This document shows, piece after piece, positions 1-8,918 of a stretch of 40,000 nucleotides of DNA (positions are counted from its first letter, which is position 1; the number at the start of each line of letters is the position of its first letter). The translations under genes and the position numbers were made by a program. The notes below the pieces were generated by a model. That model was not told the origin of the DNA. It did not search any database and was given only the letters and a program-made list of their open reading frames with translations. Origin of the DNA: Proteus phage PmP19; the sequence record MT680615.1. One strand, 5' to 3'.

Positions 1-70
1 CGTTAATATCAAAGTCTGCGATTGCCATATCAAGCCTACGCAGACACCACTCTACGCAGTGATCATCCAT
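1..70 (-). CDS. Partial ORF running off the left edge (MDDHCVEWCLRRLDMAIADFDIN...)
   Basis: ATG at 70..68 overlaps the stop of the M15 peptidase ORF (ATGGATGA); open to the window edge. Translated by hand. Confidence 0.5.
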   Translation of the reverse strand, partial: MDDHCVEWCLRRLDMAIADFDIN

Positions 71-410
71 GCCAGCGTGCCGCCGTGTCTCTCACATCAA
101 TATGCGTGAAGGAGTCGTACTGACCAATCCCGTACTTACCTTTGTACTTCTCAGTAAGGTAAGACCAGACTCGCGCGGGACTCACACCTGGGATACGAAT
201 GTCAGCTGCCTTTCCAGTGGTGTGCATAGAGTTCTTGGCACCACCCACCGCTGCATTGTGCTTAACACAGCGATGACCAGAATTGATAACAACAGGACCA
301 AACTTCTCGCGTACATCAGTGATGACTTGGAGTAGCTCGGCATCCACTGTGGATGTACCGCACCCACAACGGCAAGCGAATTCACTACGCTTGAAATATT
401 GGTTAAGCAT
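63..410 (-). CDS. Peptidase M15-family (D-Ala-D-Ala carboxypeptidase-like) endolysin, 115 aa
   Basis: ORF with SGHRCVKHNAAVGGAKNSMHTTGKAADI and THIDVR, matching M15A Zn-ligand motifs (SxHxxGxAxD and HxD). Confidence 0.85.
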   Translation of the reverse strand: MLNQYFKRSEFACRCGCGTSTVDAELLQVITDVREKFGPVVINSGHRCVKHNAAVGGAKNSMHTTGKAADIRIPGVSPARVWSYLTEKYKGKYGIGQYDSFTHIDVRDTAARWHG

Positions 411-422
411 GTTGTTCCTTTA

Positions 423-959
423 TTAGGTGATAGACAGAGTGCAGGATACGGACTTGATTACCTTGCCGCTGAGGTCGGTTACTGTGCACTGGTACACACC
501 AGCATCACCAGCTACCGCAGCTGCCTTGGAGAAGGTAGCGCCAGTCTGACCAGCAACTACCGTGCCGTCCTTGGTCCACACGTAGGTGTAAGGGGCATAG
601 CCACCAGTCACCACTACTGGCAGACTGATTGCAGCACCAGTAGCCACTGAGGCGGTTGCAGATAGGTTGGTTGTGAATGCCAGAGCAGCCACAGCTGCCG
701 GGGTAATCGGAGTGCCAGCCGTCATAGGAACCCACGGGGATACGTTCTCATCACCCAGGGCAACCATGCCATTGAGTGCACCGCCAGCACCTTCACGGAT
801 TGCCACGGCACCAAGTTGCTTGCCGGACTCTTCGCGCTGGTTGATGATGTTTGCCTTGTCGGCGAATGCAGCAGTGGTTGCCACAGGTGCGGTGGAGCAT
901 GCAGCTACGCGGTAGGTTACCGACTTAGGCTGACGCTGACCAGTTGCAGATAAAGCCAT
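423..959 (-). CDS. Small structural/decoration-like protein with C-terminal Ig-like domain, 178 aa
   Basis: N-terminal part shares SGKQxGA...PA with the two next ORFs; C-terminal part has GYAPYTYVWTKDG...GDAGVYQCTVTD, typical of Ig-like folds. Confidence 0.65.
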   Translation of the reverse strand: MALSATGQRQPKSVTYRVAACSTAPVATTAAFADKANIINQREESGKQLGAVAIREGAGGALNGMVALGDENVSPWVPMTAGTPITPAAVAALAFTTNLSATASVATGAAISLPVVVTGGYAPYTYVWTKDGTVVAGQTGATFSKAAAVAGDAGVYQCTVTDLSGKVIKSVSCTLSIT

Positions 960-969
960 TTGTTTCTCC

Positions 970-1236
970 TTATGCTGGGGTTACGTCAGTGCCAGAGGTT
1001 GCGATGTCCCACAGGTCGGTGGGTGCAGAGCCACGAGCAAACGCATACACTAACTTCCCTGTAGCCGTAAGCTGGCAGAGAACCAGGGCACCTTTCTGCT
1101 TACCAGAGAGTGCCGTATTGTTGATCGGGTGAGCAGAGTCTGCCAGGTATGCCTGCGGCACGATAGGTGCGATCAGGTGAGTGGCGTAGGTCTGCTTAGC
1201 TACCGGGGTCAGCTGACCAGTGATAGGTAATGCCAT
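970..1236 (-). CDS. Small protein of the SGKQxGA paralogue family, 88 aa, possible virion decoration protein
   Basis: ATG ORF; NNTALSGKQKGALV...ARGSAPTDLWDIATSGTDVTPA aligns with neighbours. Confidence 0.6.
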   Translation of the reverse strand: MALPITGQLTPVAKQTYATHLIAPIVPQAYLADSAHPINNTALSGKQKGALVLCQLTATGKLVYAFARGSAPTDLWDIATSGTDVTPA

Positions 1237-1249
1237 GTAACCTCCTTGA

Positions 1250-1516
1250 TTAAGCCGGGACTACCTGAGAGCCGATAGCCATAGTGTTCCACACGGAAGT
1301 GTCAGCACTCCCACGGGCGATATGAATGACACCAGAGGTGTTCATGATGCATGCACCATCCTGCTTGCCGGACTTGGTGATGTCATTCACCACACTGGAT
1401 TTAGCAGTGAGCTGTGCGGCAGGCACAACACCATGCTGGATAGCTGTGCTTACATGCGGGACCTGCTTACGGGTGGACTTACCAGTCAGACCCATAGAGC
1501 CATAATTGTTAGCCAT
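1250..1516 (-). CDS. Small protein of the SGKQxGA paralogue family, 88 aa, possible virion decoration protein
   Basis: ATG ORF preceded by AGGAGAAC; DITKSGKQDGACIM...ARGSADTSVWNTMAIGSQVVPA aligns with neighbours. Confidence 0.6.
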   Translation of the reverse strand: MANNYGSMGLTGKSTRKQVPHVSTAIQHGVVPAAQLTAKSSVVNDITKSGKQDGACIMNTSGVIHIARGSADTSVWNTMAIGSQVVPA

Positions 1517-1555
1517 TTGTTCTCCTATAAAGAGTAATAAAGGAAAGAGATAAGA

Positions 1556-1575
1556 GGGTACTCTGTAGAGTACCC
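1556..1575 (-). other. Perfect hairpin GGGTACTC-TACA-GAGTACCC in a 5' leader
   Basis: 8-bp perfect stem, 4-nt loop, between promoter 1649..1669 and the gene starting at 1516. Confidence 0.7.
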
Positions 1576-1576
1576 A

Positions 1577-1640
1577 ACTAGGGCATACCTGGTTACCTAA
1601 GGCGTACCTGGGAATACCCTTAAATACCTTAGTATTCCTT
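1577..1640 (-). repeat. Array B of degenerate ~10-bp repeats
   Basis: + strand units GGGCATACCT / GGTTACCTA / AGGCGTACCT / GGGAATACCC / TTAAATACCT / TAGTATTCCT; similar to the 34686 array. Confidence 0.7.
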
Positions 1641-1648
1641 TTCTATTG

Positions 1649-1669
1649 CTTCTATACTCGCCACTATTA
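1649..1669 (-). promoter_or_regulatory. Phage RNA polymerase promoter-like motif
   Basis: Minus strand TAATAGTGGCGAGTATAGAAG; resembles T7 TAATACGACTCACTATAGGGAGA; recurs across the window. Confidence 0.85.
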
Positions 1670-3565
1670 CCAAGTCTTTGAAATACGTGCAGAAATTGTG
1701 TTCCTGCGAGGTGAATAGTTGCGCCCTGTGCCGTTCGTCCTAGCCATCTGGAATCCGCTCACATTATGACCAGACCTCATCGAGCCGTGGTCCTGCCCGG
1801 TGAAATACTCCCGGCGCTTCCGTGGGTCATTCATCATGTCCAGATAATCCCGCATCTCCTTGGCTCTGACGCGATTAATCCGGGTAGCCTCGTCATAGTC
1901 TATCTGCGAAGTGAGCTGGCGTATGGCCCCGTATAGGGCGTCCAGTCGGTCATCGTGCCGGAGACATCCTTTCTCCAGGGTGATGTTCGAAATTTGAGCG
2001 AATAGGCTATAAGACATACGGATTTCAAGCGGGTAGTGCTGGATGCTCTGGATGTCCTGGCGAATCATATCCGCGTTAAAGATGACCCTGTGCGAGGTGA
2101 AGAGAGGCTCCAGAGTCTCGATGATGCGAGTTTCCTTCTGCCCGGTGGCGTAATCCTCTTCCAGGGATACAGGCCAATCACGCTCGAAGTAAGGCTTGAT
2201 TACCGCCTCGAATGCACCATGACCGAAGTTCTTCTCAATGAAGACCTCTTTAACACCAGCAAGCTTACACTCATCCACAATGCGCTGTAGGTGCTGAGCC
2301 TGGTAGCCACCTGGCACGCCGAAGACCTTGTACACATAGACGAAGGTTCCCAGCAGGAATACGATAGCTACACCTGTCTCATCCCCGTTCTTACCACCAC
2401 CTGCCGGGTCAATGTATGCAATCCGCCGAGTGATGGGTTTCCACTCATAGGTTCTCGCAACAGGGCGGTACAGGTAGTCGGTGGGCTTATTGCCAAACCT
2501 GGGAGCATCGGAGATCATGTTGATACTGTCGTTAGACCAGGTCGGCATCTCTGGTACAACGTCTGTACCGAAAGACATGAAGATGAGGTTGTTGAGTCGC
2601 AGTGGGTATCTGTCAGCATCCATCAGTCGGGTGTTGAGCATGAACTGCAACTGGAACTTAGCAGTACCCTGAGAGATCTCCTTCTCAATCAGCTTCTCAT
2701 CATCATACATCTCTGGGCAAGTCGGTGCACCCTGCATGCCGTCCATGCCATACCCTAAGCGCAAGCCAGGGTCTTCCATCATATCCTGGATGATCATCGG
2801 TGCCAGGAAGTCACCATAGCAAGCCTCTTGCTCCAAGGTCGGATAGCGACCAGGCCAGATGCGAATCTGATAACCACGCGCTGGCAGGTTGTTATAGATG
2901 GAGTTCACACTCTGAGGTGTACCAAGGTAGATGATGTCACCATACTGGTTGATGGATTCGAACTCCTTGGTCAAATCCTCCAGCAATGCACGACCAGCAG
3001 CGGTACGTGAGTTCTGCAAGGACTCTACGTCATCCGCAAGAATGATGTCTGCACGAGCACCCTGCATTCCCGCCTCGATAGAGTAGCAGGCAACGGATGG
3101 TGACTTGTCAGAGCCACGCAAGGTGTAATGCACCTCGAACCCCTTGATGGATGCTTTGTCTCCTGCATATATGTCAGGTAGCATAAACTCAAGGAAGTCC
3201 AAGCCACGGAAGATTTTGATAACCCAACCAGCAATCTCTTCCGCACGCTTGGCTGTTTGGGATACGATCATGATTCGCTTGTGCGGCTCATGGATGATTC
3301 GGAATACAGCATAGATAGCTGCAATGGTTGTCTTAGCCTGCCCACGCTGTGCCTCAACCATCCGGTACTTCTTGCCAGAGAACAAGAACTTAAGGATGTC
3401 TGCCTGTACCCGGTTAAGGTCAGGGTTGCCAGTGATTAGTGTGTTGATAACCACCTGGGCAAAGGAGAGAAGGCCATGCACGGTATACGGGAATGTTTCC
3501 TGTAGTTCGCGCAAGGCCTCCCAGCGGGCCAGGGCATCAGCTTGTGATTCCCTGTTCCTAGCCAT
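1667..3565 (-). CDS. terL: Terminase large subunit, 632 aa
   Basis: T7/SP6-type TerL: EAQRGQAKTTIAAIYAVF (Walker A-like), GARADIILADDVES (Walker B), nuclease-domain acidic motifs IDPAGGGKNGDETG and RHDDRLDALYGA. Confidence 0.93.
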   Translation of the reverse strand: MARNRESQADALARWEALRELQETFPYTVHGLLSFAQVVINTLITGNPDLNRVQADILKFLFSGKKYRMVEAQRGQAKTTIAAIYAVFRIIHEPHKRIMIVSQTAKRAEEIAGWVIKIFRGLDFLEFMLPDIYAGDKASIKGFEVHYTLRGSDKSPSVACYSIEAGMQGARADIILADDVESLQNSRTAAGRALLEDLTKEFESINQYGDIIYLGTPQSVNSIYNNLPARGYQIRIWPGRYPTLEQEACYGDFLAPMIIQDMMEDPGLRLGYGMDGMQGAPTCPEMYDDEKLIEKEISQGTAKFQLQFMLNTRLMDADRYPLRLNNLIFMSFGTDVVPEMPTWSNDSINMISDAPRFGNKPTDYLYRPVARTYEWKPITRRIAYIDPAGGGKNGDETGVAIVFLLGTFVYVYKVFGVPGGYQAQHLQRIVDECKLAGVKEVFIEKNFGHGAFEAVIKPYFERDWPVSLEEDYATGQKETRIIETLEPLFTSHRVIFNADMIRQDIQSIQHYPLEIRMSYSLFAQISNITLEKGCLRHDDRLDALYGAIRQLTSQIDYDEATRINRVRAKEMRDYLDMMNDPRKRREYFTGQDHGSMRSGHNVSGFQMARTNGTGRNYSPRRNTISARISKTW

Positions 3566-3864
3566 TAAGCCTCCTTAGCATCTGTGAAGCTGATAACCTT
3601 ACCACTGGATGCCTCACGAATCTTCTTGAGGCGCTTGGAGAGTGCAGAGGTTTCCACGTTCTCCGCAGGGTTTGCCTTGACGCCGTTATCCAGTACCCAC
3701 TTAGCCATAGCAGCAAGGTCTTTGGAGTCACCGATAACAAGAGCTGCGTCAGGGTCCTGCTCAATTTCATTCAGGATGGCTGCTGCTTTCTTGTTAAAGA
3801 TGTTGGTAACGGCAGCATGCAGGATACCTACCTGGTCTTCACTGGCTGCGTGCTTATTGCTCAT
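3565..3864 (-). CDS. terS: Terminase small subunit, 99 aa
   Basis: Position directly upstream of terL; size and composition typical of T7-type small subunits. Confidence 0.7.
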   Translation of the reverse strand: MSNKHAASEDQVGILHAAVTNIFNKKAAAILNEIEQDPDAALVIGDSKDLAAMAKWVLDNGVKANPAENVETSALSKRLKKIREASSGKVISFTDAKEA

Positions 3865-4042
3865 CTTTCCTCCTTTTCTTCTTAATGCGAACCCACACCC
3901 AATCCGCCATTTGCATAGCGGTATATACGGCGGTGAGGATATACACCCAGCTCTCCCAACTAATGCCTAAGAAGGTCGTGCTTGTCACTAGCGCACTAGG
4001 CACCCACTTAAGAAGCTCTGTGGTCCCGTCTGAGTTTAACAT
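3854..4042 (-). CDS. Holin (class II-like), 62 aa
   Basis: MLNSDGTTELLKWVPSALVTSTTFLGISWESWVYILTAVYTAMQMADWVWVRIKKKRRKDEQ: hydrophobic segments and highly basic C-terminus; AAGGAGG RBS; adjacent to terminases as in T7. Confidence 0.7.
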   Translation of the reverse strand: MLNSDGTTELLKWVPSALVTSTTFLGISWESWVYILTAVYTAMQMADWVWVRIKKKRRKDEQ

Positions 4043-4050
4043 GTTCCTCC

Positions 4051-5037
4051 TTATGCCAGCTGCACCCTGGCACCCACAGTGCACTCTGGGATGATCTCCC
4101 CAAAATCGAGTACAGTCCCTGTGAGGGTGTAATTACTACGACCCTGTGATAACCCATCCAGTGTCACGTCATCAATAGCTGACACGGAGACGCCAAGGTC
4201 AACCGATGTTGTGGTGCCAGTGGCTGCCACATGAATCCACTCCCAGGAGCCTGGGTCTGCTGGTGTGATATAAGAGCCAACCAACACAGACACACGCTCG
4301 CCTGCACGCAATGGCGGGTCTGCCAGTGTGATTACATTGTCATCAATCTCAAACGCACCAGCAAACTGGTCTTGGTAAACGCCGTCCCTGTGAACAATTG
4401 CAGATGAGAAGTAGAACGGAGGGAAGACCATGTTCTCACCACCTGACGCCTCATAGGTCCAAGGTGCTGTTTTGTGGCTGAGATTGGAATCAAATGCCTC
4501 TAGAAGACCGACAATCTGCTGGTCTTGTCTGTCATTCCAAATGGTATGCTTCTGGTCAATGCTCTCAGCCAAGTCCTGGACAGCATCCAGCTGACCTTTG
4601 TTCACAGCATCTTTGGGGTCTACACCATCACCAAGGTTGGTGATTCGCCACCCACCCATATTCAGGTTCTGCTTGAGGTAGAACCCATCAGGGTAGAACC
4701 CATCCAGAAGCTCCTGGGTGATTTCCAGGAGGTGGATGAAGGTGTTATTCAGCGATGCCATGTCCAGCATCACACCAGGCTCAAACTGAGCGAATGGGTA
4801 ATCCTTGGCAGCGATACGGCGAATCAGGATGCGCGTCCCATTTGCCGGAGGGGTTAAGAAGGTAATCTGGTTAGTACCAGACAAGCTCCACCCTGTGGCC
4901 GACACCCATGCGGTGCCGTTCCACGTGTACACATTAACCTGGTTGGCAAGGAGATACCCCTTGCCTTTACCAGTAAACGCGAAGTTGAATGTTGTGGCTA
5001 CACCATCCCCTGTTCGCTCGACGTAGCTATAGCTCAT
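4051..5037 (-). CDS. T7-type tail fibre N-terminal domain protein / tailspike adaptor, 328 aa
   Basis: SYSYVERTGDGVATTFNFAF...GYLLANQVNVYTWNG...RRIAAKDYPFAQFEPG...NNTFIHLLEITQEL; N-terminal T7 tail fibre signature, lacks a long fibre or spike domain. Confidence 0.8.
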   Translation of the reverse strand: MSYSYVERTGDGVATTFNFAFTGKGKGYLLANQVNVYTWNGTAWVSATGWSLSGTNQITFLTPPANGTRILIRRIAAKDYPFAQFEPGVMLDMASLNNTFIHLLEITQELLDGFYPDGFYLKQNLNMGGWRITNLGDGVDPKDAVNKGQLDAVQDLAESIDQKHTIWNDRQDQQIVGLLEAFDSNLSHKTAPWTYEASGGENMVFPPFYFSSAIVHRDGVYQDQFAGAFEIDDNVITLADPPLRAGERVSVLVGSYITPADPGSWEWIHVAATGTTTSVDLGVSVSAIDDVTLDGLSQGRSNYTLTGTVLDFGEIIPECTVGARVQLA

Positions 5038-8000
5038 CAATCCTCCAATAAGTCTACACTGGCCTTGGTCATCTGACCAATACCAATGGTGTTTGCTAGT
5101 GGAACCAGGCGTCTTACCTTGTCCACAACTTGTCTCGTTGACACGTCATCATCACCTGTCGCATACCGAGACATCATATTGATTGCACCTACAGCATCAC
5201 CAATAACACCAGCACCAGCAACCAGTTCACCGAAGCCCTGACGCTGGAACCCCATACGTCCTGGGGCTTGCATCATGGAGTCTGGCATCAGTCCGAAGGT
5301 AGCCAGGGCATCCCCAGCCAGGCCGAAGCCTGCAACCTGTGGCAACTTGTTGAACACACCCATTGCCATGCTCTGAGTGGAGAACTTATCACGCAGGAAC
5401 TTATCGCTGTCCTCGCGCCCCAATGCCTGCATCTGCATCTGGGTTGCGTAGGCAGCAAACCCCAACAGGGTGGACCAGCTCAGAATCATTGCTGCCTGAA
5501 TCTTATCACCCCGCAGGTCATGGATGAGCTGCTTCTCGATAGACACAATGGAGAACGACTTAAACTGAGTGAGTGCCTTGCCCCACCACTTGTTCATCCA
5601 GATACCCTCATCACCGATGAAGTTACGCTGAATAAGACGACCACCCATGCGACGCACCGCAACACCAACGGTCTCCCGTAAGTCAGGTTCCATCGCATCG
5701 AAGTTCATCATACGCACCTGCTGACCATTGTAGTCCGCGTGTGCTGGGTTATCATCAAAGTGCCGCTGCAACCTCTTCATGGTTGCCTCATCAAGACCAA
5801 CCTCATCAAGGTCTGCCTGTGGTAGCTTACGGCCACCCGACAGGTGTTCCTTGAGTCGCTTGTTGATGGAGCGTGCCACAATCTTCTCAGAGCCACCCTG
5901 CACAGCCTTGAACCCGGACAGCCACAAGTTGATACGGGATCCCATAGCCAATCCGTTGTCGGCAATCTTGCTCAGCCGCCCCAGGTTGTCCATAGACTCA
6001 CCAAACTCATCGTGCCTTACGTTCCACCCGGTAAGCCAGTTGTCCTCACCAATGTAGCCAATGAGTTCCTCCATCTCCCGGAGTTCCGGCTCCAGCAGTT
6101 TACCCTGGGCCACACCGCCCTCACGGGCCGCACGGCTGCGCAGGAAGCGCGTAGCGGGCACGGAATGCAGGACTGTACCTAAGCCCATCTTGACCACAGA
6201 TCGTGCAATCTCGGGCACCTGGGCGAAGCCCATCTGGCCCAAGCGGAGCAGGCCTGTAATCTCACGGACCCGGCGAGTCCCTTTGACAATCCCGGAGTTC
6301 GGGTCGGCGTCCACGGTATTCCCGTTAATCAGCCGGATGGAATCCCGGAGCATATCTGCCTCGGCCCGGAGCTGCTTAATCGCCCCGGCATCCATGCCCG
6401 CCATGTTGCGCCCAGCGCGTTCTGCGGCGTCGATAGCATTCAGTGCACTCTGGGTAGTAGGGAAGCCCATTCGGGCCAGAGCGGCCCCGCCAGCGGCCTC
6501 TTTCGCGTAGTTGTCTGCCAGCTCTCCGATGTTGGTGTTGAGCAGGTCCTGTACACGCATGCCGCCATAGCTTGCCTGGGTGTTGATGCCCATGCTTGCC
6601 TTGGCTCGGTTGGATACCGACTCAGCCATTTCAGACAACTCTGTGCCTTCGATGAAGTTATCAATGATGCTGTCGGGGACCCCGGCTTTCTTGAGGTCAG
6701 CAATCAGCACTGCCTGCTGCTCTTGAGACACAACCCTGTCAAATGCCACACGGCTGGATAAGGTGGAATCAGAGCCACGAACATACTGGACTTTAGCCAG
6801 TGCATCAGCAGCCTTCTTGCCCATCTTATATTTACCAGTCTGATAACCCAGGGATAGAAGGTCGATGACGGCCTCTTTGCTGCCCAGACGGTTGACTGCC
6901 TCGGTGATTTTGATGCCATCAAAGATAACAGGGACGTAATCCTTAGCAGACTTGACGTCTTCAAAGCCTTTCTCACCAGCAGCCTTGCGTAACTCCAGGC
7001 CTTTCTTGAACTTATCAGCGATGCCCTCAGCGGCAAGCTTGACACCAGGCGAGGTGTTCTCGGTGATACCGGACACAATCGCAGTGTATACCTGGTTATT
7101 GAAGTCACGAGTAACAGCAGGGTTGAGGTAATCAATGGCACGCAGGTTGTTGTCCTTGATGAACTGAGAGAAACCATCATTGTAGCGGTTCTTCTCAGCA
7201 GACCGAATAAGGTTGTTATTCACATCTGCAAGGATTGCTGCGGTCTTACCGTGATAACTACCACCCTGGGCATTCTCCAGGAGTCGCAAGCCAAGTCCAC
7301 GGAACACAGGGTTCTTTGAGTTCATAATGACCGAAGACACGGAACCCATGTTGCCTGCCCACTTAACTGGCTTAACCTTGGATGCATAGGCTTCACGTGC
7401 CAAGGTATCCATAAGGTCTTCCATGCTGTCTGACAGGTCGAACTGTTCGCCCTGAATCTCAGAGCCTTCCACTCGGGCAGCTGACAGGTTATCAGGCTCT
7501 TGCTTGCTCGCCTGCTCTGCCGCCTTCTGTGCCTCATCAAACTTCATGGTTGGAGTCTGCTTGCTTGCACGCTCCGCCCGGATAGCAGCCAGGGCATCCT
7601 GCACAGCACGCTTCATCGGGACAGGTTCAGGCTTGACATCCAGGCCCAGCTCTTTGAGCTTCTCTTCCCGTGACAGGTTAGAGAATCGCTTGAGTTCATC
7701 CTTGGCTTTGGTGACGTTATCCATCTTAGCCAGGGTTGCCTTGGCCTCTTCTATACGCGCCACTAACTCTGCGTGAGGCTCATCATATCGGCGGGCCAGG
7801 GCTTTCTTCTGGACTTCCCAATCCAGGGCCTCGGTCTTGGACTTAGGCGCACCAGCTTTGGCCGCAGCCTCTGCCTGGGCATCCACCTTCTTGCTCCGCA
7901 TGCTTGCTGCTTCTGCCTCAAGCTCGCGAATCTGCTTCTTCAAATTACCCTTATCCTTGGAGGAGAAGCGATAGTTTGCGTCAGCTGTGAGTGCCTCTGT

Positions 8001-8849
8001 GTGCTTGGCGATGCTGTAGTCGATATCCACATCACCAGATTTGAGTGGGTCGCGGTCACGGACTGCCATGTAGGCATCATACTCCATTGCCTCTTGCACA
8101 GCCTTGGATGCGTTGCGGTCGAAGTCATCGGCCCCATCTACCACGGTACGAAGAGGGTTGTTGGGTTCCGCTGTCGGCACATCTGCATCATCACCCAGCT
8201 TGCCACCGTGGATACGCTCACGAGTCGCGGCACCGATAGTGCCACCCATGATCGCACCAAACCCAAAGGCAAGCATCACATTATCCGCATCGCGCTGATA
8301 GTCACCCTGGTTTACCACAGCTTCCAGTGCAGCATTCTCTGCCCCAGCAATTGCCGCAGTCTTGAGGATTCGACCAATACGGCCAACCTTCCAGGCTCCA
8401 GCCACAGGTGCGGCCACCACAGAAGCAGCCCAACCAGCTGGGTCGGCAATACCAGCAAACAACTGTGCAGCGAACCCGGTGAACCCATTACGAGCCAGGA
8501 TATCATTGCGGTCCTTGTCAGCCTTGGCATTTGCCATGTTGAATTGCAGTTGCTCTGGTGACTTAACATCCTTTGTGATGTCCTGTGCAATCTCGTAGCC
8601 ATACAGTCGGGAAAGCTCATCTTTGGTCGTGTCAGGTACAGAGTACCCTTCTTGTGGCGTGAAGGTGGTATTGTGACGCTCAAGCGCCCTCTGACCACCA
8701 TACAGCGCCCACTCATTATCTACAGCCGTTCGCAGGACATGGTCGTCTGCACGTGCAGCCTCAGCCTTACGCTCTGATTCTGCCACCTGCGAGAAGGTTG
8801 GTGGCAAGGTCCGGCTGTCTGTGGGGACCCAATTTCCATTCTGTTGCAT
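5037..8849 (-). CDS. Large internal virion (core) protein, about 1270 aa
   Basis: Very long ORF in the internal core position; likely start MQQNGNWVPTDSR with upstream AGAGGTAACC; the track start at 8876 is an alternative. Confidence 0.75.
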   Translation of the reverse strand: MQQNGNWVPTDSRTLPPTFSQVAESERKAEAARADDHVLRTAVDNEWALYGGQRALERHNTTFTPQEGYSVPDTTKDELSRLYGYEIAQDITKDVKSPEQLQFNMANAKADKDRNDILARNGFTGFAAQLFAGIADPAGWAASVVAAPVAGAWKVGRIGRILKTAAIAGAENAALEAVVNQGDYQRDADNVMLAFGFGAIMGGTIGAATRERIHGGKLGDDADVPTAEPNNPLRTVVDGADDFDRNASKAVQEAMEYDAYMAVRDRDPLKSGDVDIDYSIAKHTEALTADANYRFSSKDKGNLKKQIRELEAEAASMRSKKVDAQAEAAAKAGAPKSKTEALDWEVQKKALARRYDEPHAELVARIEEAKATLAKMDNVTKAKDELKRFSNLSREEKLKELGLDVKPEPVPMKRAVQDALAAIRAERASKQTPTMKFDEAQKAAEQASKQEPDNLSAARVEGSEIQGEQFDLSDSMEDLMDTLAREAYASKVKPVKWAGNMGSVSSVIMNSKNPVFRGLGLRLLENAQGGSYHGKTAAILADVNNNLIRSAEKNRYNDGFSQFIKDNNLRAIDYLNPAVTRDFNNQVYTAIVSGITENTSPGVKLAAEGIADKFKKGLELRKAAGEKGFEDVKSAKDYVPVIFDGIKITEAVNRLGSKEAVIDLLSLGYQTGKYKMGKKAADALAKVQYVRGSDSTLSSRVAFDRVVSQEQQAVLIADLKKAGVPDSIIDNFIEGTELSEMAESVSNRAKASMGINTQASYGGMRVQDLLNTNIGELADNYAKEAAGGAALARMGFPTTQSALNAIDAAERAGRNMAGMDAGAIKQLRAEADMLRDSIRLINGNTVDADPNSGIVKGTRRVREITGLLRLGQMGFAQVPEIARSVVKMGLGTVLHSVPATRFLRSRAAREGGVAQGKLLEPELREMEELIGYIGEDNWLTGWNVRHDEFGESMDNLGRLSKIADNGLAMGSRINLWLSGFKAVQGGSEKIVARSINKRLKEHLSGGRKLPQADLDEVGLDEATMKRLQRHFDDNPAHADYNGQQVRMMNFDAMEPDLRETVGVAVRRMGGRLIQRNFIGDEGIWMNKWWGKALTQFKSFSIVSIEKQLIHDLRGDKIQAAMILSWSTLLGFAAYATQMQMQALGREDSDKFLRDKFSTQSMAMGVFNKLPQVAGFGLAGDALATFGLMPDSMMQAPGRMGFQRQGFGELVAGAGVIGDAVGAINMMSRYATGDDDVSTRQVVDKVRRLVPLANTIGIGQMTKASVDLLED

Positions 8850-8883
8850 GGTTACCTCTCTATTAATGACAATCATAAAGGCC

Positions 8884-8901
8884 TGTCCAACGTGTTGGAC
8901 A
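8884..8901. repeat. Dyad repeat copy 1: TGTCCAACGTGTTGGACA
   Basis: Near-palindrome found five times in the window. Confidence 0.85.
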
Positions 8902-8918
8902 AGACCTTGAGTTTATCA

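Noticed and set aside
7773-8561. 262-aa plus-strand ORF
   Set aside because: Antisense to the large internal virion protein, no recognisable motif, Cys/His/Leu-rich shadow composition.
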